Source: a virus
Lineage: Duplodnaviria; Caudoviricetes
Length of the DNA stretch: 64,000 nt
Reading direction: 5' to 3' (one strand)
IMG/VR virus record: IMGVR_UViG_3300024331_000007
Span: 1-64,000 of that record
The notes under the pieces were generated by a model that worked only from the letters and a program-made list of their open reading frames with translations, searched no databases and had not been told where the DNA came from. Numbering within the stretch: the stretch's first letter is position 1; the number at the start of each line of letters is the position of its first letter. Made by a program: the position numbers and the translations under genes. Below, piece after piece: positions 1-9,658 of the stretch.

Positions 1-134
1 TTCCGTTAGCAGCTATCTGAAAATGTTGGCGACGAAGAAGGTTGCACACATGAATGGAAGAAGGGCGAAAAAACTGCTAACGGAACACATTACAAGTGTG
101 CCTGTGGTGCCACAAAGACTGAAAAAGGAAAATA

Positions 135-503
135 ATGTCGGACTTCCGCAAATGGATCACTTTATGCGAGACGGTTTCTACCCCGTCTCGCATTGACTTG
201 ACGGAGCTAAAAAGTTTCGATGAGTTGTTTGGACCAAATGCTGTTGACATAGATCAGGAAGAAGACGATCTACTTACATCTGAAAAAGTTTTAAATGCTC
301 GTGGATGGCGAAAGGTAGATTGGAAACACCCTCTGGGAATTTTTGAATGGGCTTTTACTAATCCGAATTTCAGAAAATATCGAGTATTTTTGATGGATAT
401 GAAGAGATGGGAAGTTGAAGGACCATCAGATGTAATCGGATATGGACACGGTTCACACGAGTTAGCAGAATTTCTCGACGAAATATTTGAGCAAAATGGA
501 TAA
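135..503 (+). CDS. hypothetical protein with head-internal-protein-like N-terminus (MSDFRKWITLCE)
   Basis: ORF track; N-terminal motif shared with other late ORFs. Confidence 0.6.
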   Translation: MSDFRKWITLCETVSTPSRIDLTELKSFDELFGPNAVDIDQEEDDLLTSEKVLNARGWRKVDWKHPLGIFEWAFTNPNFRKYRVFLMDMKRWEVEGPSDVIGYGHGSHELAEFLDEIFEQNG

Positions 504-747
504 CCAAGAGATAACCAAACTCAAAGAATACGCCGAAAACATTTTATGGGTTGTTAAACATGAATCGGAGGAGAAAATTTCAAAGTCAATTGTTGCGCAT
601 TTGCTAGAGTCATTGATTGGGCAATTAGACCAAATTTGTGACAAAAAGAAGGTTTAGGGCCGTTAGGAATCGAAAAACATCGAAAAATACGCATTAAAGA
701 AGCAATATTTGTAGAACAATGTAAATATCATTAATAGGAGACACATT

Positions 748-1833
748 ATGTTGGATGCCCTAAAGCCATTGCTGGAAAGTGGAATTGTTAGTGAAGCCAC
801 TCGTGACGCGATCCAAGCCGCGTGGGAAGGCAAAGTCAAGGAGCTTCAGTCCGAGATTCGTACTGAAATCCGTGAAGAATTTGCTGGCCGTTACGAGCAC
901 GATAAAGAAGTCATGGTTAAGACCCTTGACAAGATGGTTTCTGAGACACTTACTGGTGAAGTCGAAAAGATTAAGGCAGAGCGCAATGAAGTGGCAAAGT
1001 TGAAGATCGCTGCCGTTCAGGAAATGCGTCAGGCCGCAAAGAAATTTAATGCATTTGCAACACGCGCTTTGGCAGAAGAACTAGCAGAATTTGCACAAGA
1101 GCGTAACAAGAGCAAGGCACATCAGGATAAGCTAGAGCGTTTCGTTATGAGCGCATTGGCGGAGGAAATCAACGAGTTTGCAGAGGATAAGACAGCCCTT
1201 CGCGAAACTCGTGTTAGCCTCATCGCAGAAGCAAAGAATCAGTTGGACGCTCTAAAGAAGAAGTTCGTGGAACGTGCCAGCGTAGCAGTAAGTGAAATTA
1301 CTTCAAAGACATTGAATCACGAAATCACACAGCTTCATGAAGACATCAAGGTTGCTCGTCAGAATAACTTTGGTCGCAAGATTTATGAAGCATTTGCAAC
1401 CGAATTTGCTGGAACTTACCTCAACGAAAATGTTGAAGTCAAGCAGATCAAGGCAGACAAGGAAGTAGCAGAACAGAAACTTGCAGAATCCAAAGCTGAG
1501 ATTGCAGCCGCCAAGAAGTTGGTTGAATCAAAGGACAAGGAACTGAAGAATCTTGAGAACCGCGCAACAAGACAGAATGTGTTGTCAGAATTGCTAAGTC
1601 CTCTTGATAAGAACAAGCGTGAAGTAATGAATCAACTCTTGGAAGGTGTGCAAACGGGAAGTCTCCGTTCCGCATATGACAAGTATCTACCAGCAGTTCT
1701 AAACAGCCGTCAACAGCCAGTAGTTAGGGGCCGTGAGACACTCAAGGAAGCAACTGGCGATAAGAACGTAAAAGTAGTTCCAATCGACGAAACCGACCTA
1801 AGCGAAATCAAGCGTTTGGCAGGGCTACAGTAA
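748..1833 (+). CDS. prohead core scaffold protein (T4 gp22-like)
   Basis: 361 aa E/K/A-rich coiled coil directly upstream of the MCP; TAAATA late motif and GGAG RBS upstream. Confidence 0.85.
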   Translation: MLDALKPLLESGIVSEATRDAIQAAWEGKVKELQSEIRTEIREEFAGRYEHDKEVMVKTLDKMVSETLTGEVEKIKAERNEVAKLKIAAVQEMRQAAKKFNAFATRALAEELAEFAQERNKSKAHQDKLERFVMSALAEEINEFAEDKTALRETRVSLIAEAKNQLDALKKKFVERASVAVSEITSKTLNHEITQLHEDIKVARQNNFGRKIYEAFATEFAGTYLNENVEVKQIKADKEVAEQKLAESKAEIAAAKKLVESKDKELKNLENRATRQNVLSELLSPLDKNKREVMNQLLEGVQTGSLRSAYDKYLPAVLNSRQQPVVRGRETLKEATGDKNVKVVPIDETDLSEIKRLAGLQ

Positions 1834-1850
1834 CTTAAAGGAGAAGGAAA

Positions 1851-3035
1851 ATGTCAACACCATTATTGGAAAATCGTTGGGCTGATACAAAGAATGCCCT
1901 GCTCGAAGGACTAACAGGAAATCGCAAAACGGTTATGAGTGTAGTCCTAGAGAACACCCGCAAGCAATTGCGTGAAGCTGCTACCGCAGGTTCCACATCT
2001 GCTGGTAACATTGCTACACTTAACCGCGTCATTCTTCCCGTTATTCGACGTGTTATGCCAACCGTTATCGCTAACGAATTGGTCGGCGTACAGCCAATGA
2101 CAGGTCCAGTCGGTCAGATTCAGACTCTCCGTGTTCGTTACGGACAGACTGATAATGTCACTGCTCCTTATCCTTGGAACACAAGCGTAACAGCGGGTGA
2201 TGAAGCCCTATCCCCATTCAAGATTGCAACAGCCTACTCTGGTAGCTCCACAACAGGACAGGCAGATTGGACAGCAAACTTGGAAGGTCAGGCAGGTAAC
2301 AAGATCAATGTTCAGATTCTACGTCAGACAGTAGAAGCTAAGAGCCGTAAGCTCTCCGCTCGCTGGACGTTTGAAGCTGCTCAGGATGCTCAGGCAATGC
2401 ACGGCATCGACATTGAAGCAGAAATCATGGCTGCTCTTGCACAGGAAATTACAGCAGAAATCGATCAGGAAATTCTTGGTTCGCTCTATGCACTTTCTGG
2501 AACAGATCAGACATTCGACCAGTCTTTGGTCAGTGGTACAGCAACATATGTTGGTGACGAGCATGCTGCCTTGGCAATCATGATCAACCGCGCCAGCAAC
2601 TTGATTGCACAGCGTACCCGTCGTGGTGCAGGTAACTGGGCCGTTGTTAGCCCAATTGCATTGACTGTTCTTCAGTCAGCAACCACATCAGCTTTTGCAC
2701 GTACCACAGAAGGTACATTCGAAGCTCCAACAAACACCAAGTTTGTCGGAACATTGAACGGTTCTTTGAAGGTTTACGTCAACGGCTACGCCAATGACTC
2801 CGTGCCAGTTCTAGTCGGCTACAAGGGTTCTTCGGAATCTGACGCAGCAGCCTTCTACTGTCCATACATTCCTTTGATGAGTTCTGGTGTCGTTCTTGAT
2901 CCAGTGACCTTCGAACCTGTTACTAGCTTCTTGACCCGTTATGGATACATCGAGCTAACAAACAGCGCAAGTTCTTTGGGAAATGCTGGCGATTACCTTT
3001 CAAGTATTGCCGTCGCAAATCTTTCTTTCAGTTAA
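1851..3035 (+). CDS. major capsid protein (T4 gp23-like)
   Basis: Motifs VIRRVMPTVIANELVGVQPMTGPVGQI, VEAKSRKLSARWTFEAAQD, AEIMAALAQEITAEIDQEI, FYCPYIPL, TRYG. Confidence 0.97.
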   Translation: MSTPLLENRWADTKNALLEGLTGNRKTVMSVVLENTRKQLREAATAGSTSAGNIATLNRVILPVIRRVMPTVIANELVGVQPMTGPVGQIQTLRVRYGQTDNVTAPYPWNTSVTAGDEALSPFKIATAYSGSSTTGQADWTANLEGQAGNKINVQILRQTVEAKSRKLSARWTFEAAQDAQAMHGIDIEAEIMAALAQEITAEIDQEILGSLYALSGTDQTFDQSLVSGTATYVGDEHAALAIMINRASNLIAQRTRRGAGNWAVVSPIALTVLQSATTSAFARTTEGTFEAPTNTKFVGTLNGSLKVYVNGYANDSVPVLVGYKGSSESDAAAFYCPYIPLMSSGVVLDPVTFEPVTSFLTRYGYIELTNSASSLGNAGDYLSSIAVANLSFS

Positions 3036-3062
3036 TAGAAAAGAAAGAAGTTATAACCAATC

Positions 3063-3091
3063 AGCCCTCGATGAAAATCGAGGGCTTTTTT
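3063..3091 (+). terminator. intrinsic terminator after MCP
   Basis: AGCCCTCGAT-gaaa-ATCGAGGGCT followed by T tract. Confidence 0.9.
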
Positions 3092-3132
3092 GTTGTTCTA
3101 TCTATCCTAGATAAAATTATTATCCTCGATCT

Positions 3133-3140
3133 TATAAATA
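3133..3140 (+). promoter_or_regulatory. T4-type late promoter TATAAATA
   Basis: Exact T4 late consensus upstream of 3184 ORF; (A/C)TAAATA recurs before many late ORFs. Confidence 0.7.
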
Positions 3141-3183
3141 GTATTTCTTGACTTCTGCATAAATAGATGTTAGGATAACTATT

Positions 3184-4482
3184 ATGATAAATGAAATCAA
3201 TAAACTAATTGAACAATATGGCCCCAAAAGTTTTGGCAGACTTGCATCTTGTAGACCAAATTTGAAATTATTCCTCCAACACTGGAATGAAACCCGAAAT
3301 TGTCCAACGATAGGAGAACAATTTTTCTGCATCCACTATAATATAGAACCACCAAATTGTTTTTGTGGCAATAAATTGCTGTTCAAAACCTATGTAAAGG
3401 GATATTGGCCCACCTGTGGTACGAAGGAATGCAAGGCGAAAAGTCAGGCGAAGAAACTATCTCAATTCTGGAAAAACAATCCAGAAGTAAAGAAAACAAT
3501 GAGTGCGAATCAACGAAATACTTGCTTGGAGCGATATGGCGTTGAAAACATAATGCAGAATACTGAAAAGCTAAACGAGATTCGTAGTAAACTACAAGAA
3601 AAAACCGGTTATGCGTCGCCATTGGAGAATCCATTAATACAAGAGAAATGTAAGAAGACTACTAAAGAAAAATATGGTGTCGAACGACCATTTCAATCAA
3701 AGAAAATTCGCAACAAGGCAGTCGAATCATATATAAGAACTCACGGATATGCACCTAATATGCAAGAAGCACGAATCGCAGCAGAGAAAAATAGAAAATT
3801 TAGACGAGAAGAATATGAAACAGAAGTTATTACCAATAGAATACAAACAAGACGACAATTAAGTTCAAGCTACCAACGATTAGTCAATGAAGTTAGGCCA
3901 TATACCTATTTGATAAGATTCAAACCAACTGGGCAAGTTTATTATGGGGTTCGTGCGGGAAATGTGTCTCTGGGTTTAACGCCGATGCAAGATTTTATGA
4001 TTCACTATCAAACAAGTTCAGATCAAATTTTATCTAGGTTAGAAGATCACGGATTAGAATTGTTTGAATATGAAATACGGAGAACTTTTGACACCGAAGA
4101 ACAAGCATATTATTGGGAACAGACAGTTCTTAGACGATGTAAAGTAGTTGGAGATAATAGATGGTTCAATCAAAATGCCTGTGGGTATATTATTCCTACA
4201 GCAGAGGGTCGTAAGAAAATTAGTGAGTTTCATAAAGGAAAACCTAAATCAGAGTCGCAACGGAAAAAGATGAGTAAATCTCATCAAGGAAAAATTAGAA
4301 CCGCAGAACATTGCACAAATCTTAGCAAATCGCAAAAAGGCAGAACATATCCAGATCGCCAAGGAGAAAAAAGCCATAATTTCGGAAAGATTTGGATTTC
4401 CAAGAAAGGAAAATCGGCCCAGATTCATAAGGAAAATTTAGAAGAATATTTGCAACAGGGGTGGAAGAAAGGTAGAAAGTAA
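3184..4482 (+). CDS. putative homing endonuclease (Seg-like GIY-YIG core + NUMOD3 repeats, N-terminal YGVE-repeat domain)
   Basis: PYTYLIR...YYGVR variant GIY-YIG; HKGKPKSESQRKKMSKSHQGK NUMOD3; ERYGVEN/EKYGVERP repeats. Confidence 0.75.
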   Translation: MINEINKLIEQYGPKSFGRLASCRPNLKLFLQHWNETRNCPTIGEQFFCIHYNIEPPNCFCGNKLLFKTYVKGYWPTCGTKECKAKSQAKKLSQFWKNNPEVKKTMSANQRNTCLERYGVENIMQNTEKLNEIRSKLQEKTGYASPLENPLIQEKCKKTTKEKYGVERPFQSKKIRNKAVESYIRTHGYAPNMQEARIAAEKNRKFRREEYETEVITNRIQTRRQLSSSYQRLVNEVRPYTYLIRFKPTGQVYYGVRAGNVSLGLTPMQDFMIHYQTSSDQILSRLEDHGLELFEYEIRRTFDTEEQAYYWEQTVLRRCKVVGDNRWFNQNACGYIIPTAEGRKKISEFHKGKPKSESQRKKMSKSHQGKIRTAEHCTNLSKSQKGRTYPDRQGEKSHNFGKIWISKKGKSAQIHKENLEEYLQQGWKKGRK

Positions 4483-4770
4483 ATTAGGTATGAAGTATTT
4501 CAGGTTTGGTCGCAATCTTGATTGGATCAACTGGTTCCCAACCATTCGAGATGACGCCGTTGCTCTGGCTGGCTTTTCTTCCCATTCTTCTTGACACATA
4601 ATAGTAAAATCAATGGGTGATTCATTTGAGCATTTCAGGTACCAATGTTGGATATATTTCAGAGCAATTGGACTATCAACAATATAGAACCATCGACCTA
4701 TCTGGGCACCATACAATACAACTGGGCTTTGCAATCTCGCAAGGACCTCGTAGTGTTCTACCTTTTCCAT
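4438..4770 (-). CDS. hypothetical protein (paralog of 5216-5464)
   Basis: Shared YE.LARL.SPV.LY motif. Confidence 0.55.
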   Translation of the reverse strand: MEKVEHYEVLARLQSPVVLYGAQIGRWFYIVDSPIALKYIQHWYLKCSNESPIDFTIMCQEEWEEKPARATASSRMVGNQLIQSRLRPNLKYFIPNLLSTFLPPLLQIFF

Positions 4771-5249
4771 TATGAAATCTTTTTAAAATCTCCCATTGGA
4801 ATCTCGTAAACCAAATCTGCTAATTCATCACGGTCCCTGCGTTGCTGCATTTTTGTTGGGTACATTGTTCCTCTTTCAACAGATTCGGGAATATCCAGAC
4901 CTCGTATATCTCCTTGCCATGACACAATCAAATATGCATATAGACTATCTCGTTTTGCAATTGCGGCAAGATCATCAATCTTTTTAGCATCAATTGTGTA
5001 GGTTGGATGAATTGTAGCTGGAATGTTTCGAAATTTTATCTCGATGATTCCCGCTGGATGACCATTGTAAAACATCATTGCATCATAGGTCGAGCCAGTG
5101 CTTGTCATTTCAAAGGTTATTCCTTCACCAAGAGCCGCAGACATGGTATCGAGGACTTCCTGCTGTCTAGTACGATCCAAGGAAGTTTCGTGAGTTTTAT
5201 GTTGGTCTGGGTATTTCATTTGTTTAGATGATTGCATAACTTCTTCCAT
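4770..5249 (-). CDS. putative PD-(D/E)XK nuclease-fold protein
   Basis: YDAMM...IIEIKFR motif spacing. Confidence 0.5.
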   Translation of the reverse strand: MEEVMQSSKQMKYPDQHKTHETSLDRTRQQEVLDTMSAALGEGITFEMTSTGSTYDAMMFYNGHPAGIIEIKFRNIPATIHPTYTIDAKKIDDLAAIAKRDSLYAYLIVSWQGDIRGLDIPESVERGTMYPTKMQQRRDRDELADLVYEIPMGDFKKIS

Positions 5250-5432
5250 GCTCCTCTTACGGTGTTGGCGGTCACGATATTGTACTTACCTTCCAGAGTT
5301 TTGATGTCGGTATTCCGATGCCATAATTTCATAAAGTTCTGCAAATCCTTGTTGTCTGTAACGAATACGCGATCCCGCCATCTAAATTCGTAGAGAGGAA
5401 CAGGGCTGAGAAGTCTCGCCAAAAACTCATAC

Positions 5433-6110
5433 TCAACTGTCTTGATTTTTTGCATATGGTTCACAAAGAATACATTGAGTTGCCTGTGCTGGATTGGAAA
5501 TGAAATGTTCAGTTACCTTGAACCATTGATCGACGTAGGCTCGAAACTCAATAAAACTCCATTCCCTAATATGAGTTGAGTTTTGAGGAGGGCCATTAAA
5601 TGTTCCGACCCTGAGAAGATTTCTGTCTGGTGTTGATATTACAATCTGCTTTGGATTTAGATTTCTAATGTTTGTCATGAAATAATTTGGCTCGACCACA
5701 TGTTCAATCACATCTGCGAGGATAACCAAATCTGTTTGCTCTGCGTATCCAGAAGCCCCGTCAATCCAGCGCCTTTCTGGATATGTTTTCTGCAAATACA
5801 GAAGTGTTTTTGTGACATCAATTCCAACAGTTTGCACGTCTGAAAAGTATTTCATCAGTTTGAATGCAGACCCGCAACCTATATCGACAACAGACTTGAG
5901 TCCATCTCGATTAAGAATTTCTCTGGCAAATTGATAAACTTCAGTTTGCCAATCATCTTCAAACACAGTGCCGTCAAAATAAGAAGGTAATTCACGAATT
6001 TGGTATCCCTCGTGAATATAATGGTTGGCTTTTGGTCCTACTTTATAATAGGCATTCAGCGGAGCAAATGACCCCAGAATAGTATCGGAATGTTTTATAG
6101 ATGGCTTCAT
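5433..6110 (-). CDS. class I SAM-dependent methyltransferase
   Basis: VVDIGCGSA motif I; DVIEHV; ISTP. Confidence 0.85.
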   Translation of the reverse strand: MKPSIKHSDTILGSFAPLNAYYKVGPKANHYIHEGYQIRELPSYFDGTVFEDDWQTEVYQFAREILNRDGLKSVVDIGCGSAFKLMKYFSDVQTVGIDVTKTLLYLQKTYPERRWIDGASGYAEQTDLVILADVIEHVVEPNYFMTNIRNLNPKQIVISTPDRNLLRVGTFNGPPQNSTHIREWSFIEFRAYVDQWFKVTEHFISNPAQATQCILCEPYAKNQDS

Positions 6111-6183
6111 ATGAGTCTATCCGTCATAGCAAAACCATCAATAGAGTGCTTATTCCCGCATCCACAGGCCGGTATGTAGCGTC

Positions 6184-6636
6184 CTATAAACATTTTTGAC
6201 CCTCCCATAGCTTAACAGAACCATCAGGGTAAATTATAATAACAAATTTGGTTTTTCTTCCATATCTGATTGTGGCCCAAGTTCCAGAACGGCGCTGTTC
6301 TTCTACTTGACCGGGCGTACCAATTAAAATCTCAGAAGCGTCTACAATATCATGATCACGAATTAAAAATGGCTTTTCGGGCAGAATTTCATCGTTCTGG
6401 TCAAATGTTCCGCGAGAACCTCGCCACGCTGGATTCTTTTCGTAATAGCCGGGATGGGCAATAACGTGATATCCGAGGTCGTGAGCTAATGCGGCGGCTT
6501 CGCAATCGCATCCGATACACTGTCCATGCCTAAAGATTGATGGCTTCTCAGATAGAAATTTGGTTAGGATTGTTGTCAGAGTTTCAAATTGAGCCTCAGA
6601 CATTCCTTTTCGAGTTCCTGTAAATCCTATTCGCAT
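6184..6636 (-). CDS. SLOG/DprA-like Rossmann-fold protein
   Basis: MRIGFTGTR...HG.C.GCD..A...RDHDIVDASEILI...SGTWATIRY. Confidence 0.65.
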   Translation of the reverse strand: MRIGFTGTRKGMSEAQFETLTTILTKFLSEKPSIFRHGQCIGCDCEAAALAHDLGYHVIAHPGYYEKNPAWRGSRGTFDQNDEILPEKPFLIRDHDIVDASEILIGTPGQVEEQRRSGTWATIRYGRKTKFVIIIYPDGSVKLWEGQKCL

Positions 6637-6893
6637 AATTTATTTAGAAAAGCCTGATTGTACCGTTCTGATTTTTGAAAGGTGAACAAGATTTTTCCTT
6701 CTTTCCAATGTGCTATATATGTTTCAATATATCTTTCAAGCCAAATTGTTTCGCCAATAATATCTGGTCGTTTCTCAAATGATACATTATCAAATCCTTG
6801 AACTTCGCACAATTGAATTGGTTTGAATGCAAATTTAGTGACCATTTTCCGATCACCGGGTTTATATATAGGTGGTGCTTTTCGAAGAATCAT
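6627..6893 (-). CDS. hypothetical protein, WLE[K/R]Y family copy 1
   Basis: Three tandem paralogs sharing FA..P...IWLE.Y. Confidence 0.6.
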   Translation of the reverse strand: MILRKAPPIYKPGDRKMVTKFAFKPIQLCEVQGFDNVSFEKRPDIIGETIWLERYIETYIAHWKEGKILFTFQKSERYNQAFLNKLCE

Positions 6894-6895
6894 AG

Positions 6896-7150
6896 TTACT
6901 CTGCAAACTTGTCCAAAACAATTTGTGAGACTCTTTCTGTTTTTCTTAGGACCCACGCTTTTCGTATAGATGAATATCGATAGGTGTCAACGTACTTCTC
7001 CAGCCAAATCAACTCGCTGCATTCCATGTCTGGGTGTGCTGAATCGTCTATTGCTCGTTTGACAAAAACTGGAAAATAAGCGAAGCACGTTTCTTTTTTA
7101 GTGCAGTTATCTTGTGGTCGAGTTTTCAGTTTCCTACTCCAGAGAATCAT
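6896..7150 (-). CDS. hypothetical protein, WLE[K/R]Y family copy 2
   Basis: Tandem paralog. Confidence 0.6.
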   Translation of the reverse strand: MILWSRKLKTRPQDNCTKKETCFAYFPVFVKRAIDDSAHPDMECSELIWLEKYVDTYRYSSIRKAWVLRKTERVSQIVLDKFAE

Positions 7151-7407
7151 TAGTTGGCATCCTCAAATTGAGCAAGAACGGATTTGGTTAATCTTTCCGA
7201 GTGAGAAAATTCCCATTCCCATTCGTCATGTGGCCCTGACTTAAGTATACGCTTAGCCACAAACGATTCAACATATTTTTCCAGCCAGATAACTGCTCCA
7301 GCCTTATCACTGGTGTTTCTTTTTAGTTGAGTGGGAAACCAAGCAAACTGGATAACGTCCATCCTCGCGCCGTGTTCAGCTATTTTCTGTTCTTGTTTCA
7401 GAATCAT
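7150..7407 (-). CDS. hypothetical protein, WLE[K/R]Y family copy 3
   Basis: Tandem paralog. Confidence 0.6.
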   Translation of the reverse strand: MILKQEQKIAEHGARMDVIQFAWFPTQLKRNTSDKAGAVIWLEKYVESFVAKRILKSGPHDEWEWEFSHSERLTKSVLAQFEDAN

Positions 7408-7732
7408 TCTGGCTCTCCTAGAATGTCTTCAAGAGTATAGAAAGGCCAATTGCCACATCGTTTACACTGGCCATCAATTCGTTTGCTGTTTGGGATTTCT
7501 TGTCCGTTGATCATGCAGGAGCAATGAATAGGACATAGGGAGATTTTTGAAGAGAAGGGAGGTTCACATTTACAATCAGCGGGACGATCTTCCCACTTGT
7601 CGAACATACTAATTTTGGTTCCTTTCGTTAATCTCCGCACGGACGGTTGTGCGCAGTGGCCGTCAAGCTAAGGTAATTGCGAGGTAATCCTTTCGCGTGT
7701 GATAATCTCGTATCATATCGTGCGGAGAAAAT

Positions 7733-7808
7733 TGGTGCCAGTGGTTGAACTCGAATCAACTACGACAGCTTTATGAGGGCTGCGACTATCCACTTCGTCC
7801 TCACTGGC
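7733..7808 (-). tRNA. tRNA-Met/Ile2 (CAT)
   Basis: Cloverleaf GCCAGTG/CACTGGC, loop CT-CAT-AA, encoded CCA. Confidence 0.85.
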
Positions 7809-7992
7809 AAAATCTATTCTGGTGTTCGGTGGCTCCGATTCGTGTTCGCGAGACGAGCCTTACGGACTGCCCCCACCTTATTTTAACTTGTCACCCAACT
7901 AGCATATATTCTTTGATAATTCGCCGCTGGACTTCGCTGTCGCAACGACGAATCATTGCCGCTATTGTAACACTACACCAGAATAAGTTGTG

Positions 7993-8193
7993 TTATTCGT
8001 GTACTTGGCAAGGAACAGATACCCAAACAAATGTTGGGATAACGCCGCCTGCCATATAAAATGTCCAATAACCACAATCCGCACCGGGAGGAATAACTGG
8101 ATTTACTACAATAGGTGTGGCTTCGATCTTTGCGGAAGCCGCTACTGCGATTGCAAGTACAGCCAAAATTGCTAGATTTTTGATTTTCTTCAT
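7993..8193 (-). CDS. small secreted two-Cys peptide (paralog A)
   Basis: Signal peptide MKKIKNLAILAVLAIAVAASA; CGYW..YM...WVSVPC. Confidence 0.7.
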   Translation of the reverse strand: MKKIKNLAILAVLAIAVAASAKIEATPIVVNPVIPPGADCGYWTFYMAGGVIPTFVWVSVPCQVHE

Positions 8194-8213
8194 AGTATTC
8201 TCCTAGAATAAAT

Positions 8214-8289
8214 TGGTTGCGGGGAGAGGATTTGCACCTCTGTCTCTGAGGTTATGAGCCTAGTGTATGACCTACGCTACCACCCCGCT
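8214..8289 (-). tRNA. initiator-like tRNA-Met (CAT)
   Basis: AGCGGGG.../CCCCGCA with 1:72 mismatch, CT-CAT-AA, CCA. Confidence 0.8.
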
Positions 8290-8295
8290 ATAAAT

Positions 8296-8481
8296 TTACT
8301 GCTGAACTGGACAAGTTGTTGATACCCAACGAATATGAGGAGTGAACAGTTCCATATAGATTTCGAAATAACCACATACACCGGGTCCATATATTGGAAC
8401 AGGTAATGCTTCGCTCTTGGTTGGAAATGAAACACCCAATGCAAGAACAGACAGAATTACAAATACCTTAATCTTATTCAT
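8296..8481 (-). CDS. small secreted two-Cys peptide (paralog B)
   Basis: Signal peptide MNKIKVFVILSVLALGV; CGYF..YM...WVSTTC. Confidence 0.7.
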   Translation of the reverse strand: MNKIKVFVILSVLALGVSFPTKSEALPVPIYGPGVCGYFEIYMELFTPHIRWVSTTCPVQQ

Positions 8482-8528
8482 ATGTATCTCCTGTGGACCA
8501 GCCACATGTGACGTGTGTCACATAGTAT

Positions 8529-9254
8529 TTAGGGTACAAACAGGAGTTCCGATGATTTTAATGTGTCAATATCGTGAATATTGTCTGAACAGTTGTCACT
8601 CACAAAACTGTATAACGTGCTAATCTTTTTGATCGTTTCCCATGTATCTTGAGACTTCCACCAAAACGGATGAACGCTCAGATACAGTGTGGGCCTCAAG
8701 TCTTCGAACAGTTCAAAATCTTTGAGTACATCTTCTTCGCCGCCCTCAATATCCATCTTGATAAAGAGTGGTGTTTCAATTCCATGCATTGCAATAAAAT
8801 CAATCAGAGTATGACATTGCACCGAAAATGTTTGGTTCCAGTCTGGTTGTCTTCCACCGCCAGTTGGATTCGCTCTGGTTGTTGATGATCCAAGAGAACC
8901 AGAACCCAATGTGATAGTACCATTATACCCTGTAATAGCTTCGTTGTGCAACTCCACAACCAAATTATTTGCTTCAATGTGTTGTCGCAGCACAGGAAAC
9001 GCTATAGGGTCAGGTTCAACTGCGATTGTCCTTTTAGCCACCGATGCCGCGTACATCACAGTCGGGCCGATCCACGCGCCCAAATCTAAATATGTCATTT
9101 CTGGTTTCAGGAATTTGTCAAATACATTGTATGTCTGGGGTTCCCAAATACCGTCTCGAACTTGTGTCCAAAATGGAGGATTCCACGCTTGTTCAGGCGT
9201 ATCGTACACAGTCCATGTACGATTACGAAACGTGATATTAGATGGACGCCCCAT
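8529..9254 (-). CDS. FkbM family methyltransferase
   Basis: YLDLGAWIG, AVEPDP, FIKMDIEGGE. Confidence 0.9.
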   Translation of the reverse strand: MGRPSNITFRNRTWTVYDTPEQAWNPPFWTQVRDGIWEPQTYNVFDKFLKPEMTYLDLGAWIGPTVMYAASVAKRTIAVEPDPIAFPVLRQHIEANNLVVELHNEAITGYNGTITLGSGSLGSSTTRANPTGGGRQPDWNQTFSVQCHTLIDFIAMHGIETPLFIKMDIEGGEEDVLKDFELFEDLRPTLYLSVHPFWWKSQDTWETIKKISTLYSFVSDNCSDNIHDIDTLKSSELLFVP

Positions 9255-9271
9255 CGCGTGAAACCCTCTGC

Positions 9272-9658
9272 TTATGATTCAAAGATGTCCAATAAAGCCT
9301 CACCTTTGGTTTTATAGTAGTATGTGAATGATGGATAGTAAGAATCGCCATATTCAGTACCAAATGTCAGCCAAACATGACCATCAACCACATCTACTAG
9401 TTTGTATCCCTCGAACGGTTCATCGGGTTGCTGAAAACTATACCTCAAATAATCACTTGCATCTTCGACTCTTACTCTTGCGAGTGGAGTACGAAAGAAA
9501 ATCAAACCCTCTACATCGTCCTTCATTCTAATATCGCTTAACATCGAACGATACCCATCGCTGTTATCTTCAACTGCTTCAAATACACAGTTATCCAACT
9601 TGAACGAGTTGCAATCGACACCGTAAAAATCAGCTTCCAGACCTAATTCGAACGTCAA
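9272..9658 (-). CDS. hypothetical protein
   Basis: ORF track. Confidence 0.6.
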   Translation of the reverse strand: MTFELGLEADFYGVDCNSFKLDNCVFEAVEDNSDGYRSMLSDIRMKDDVEGLIFFRTPLARVRVEDASDYLRYSFQQPDEPFEGYKLVDVVDGHVWLTFGTEYGDSYYPSFTYYYKTKGEALLDIFES

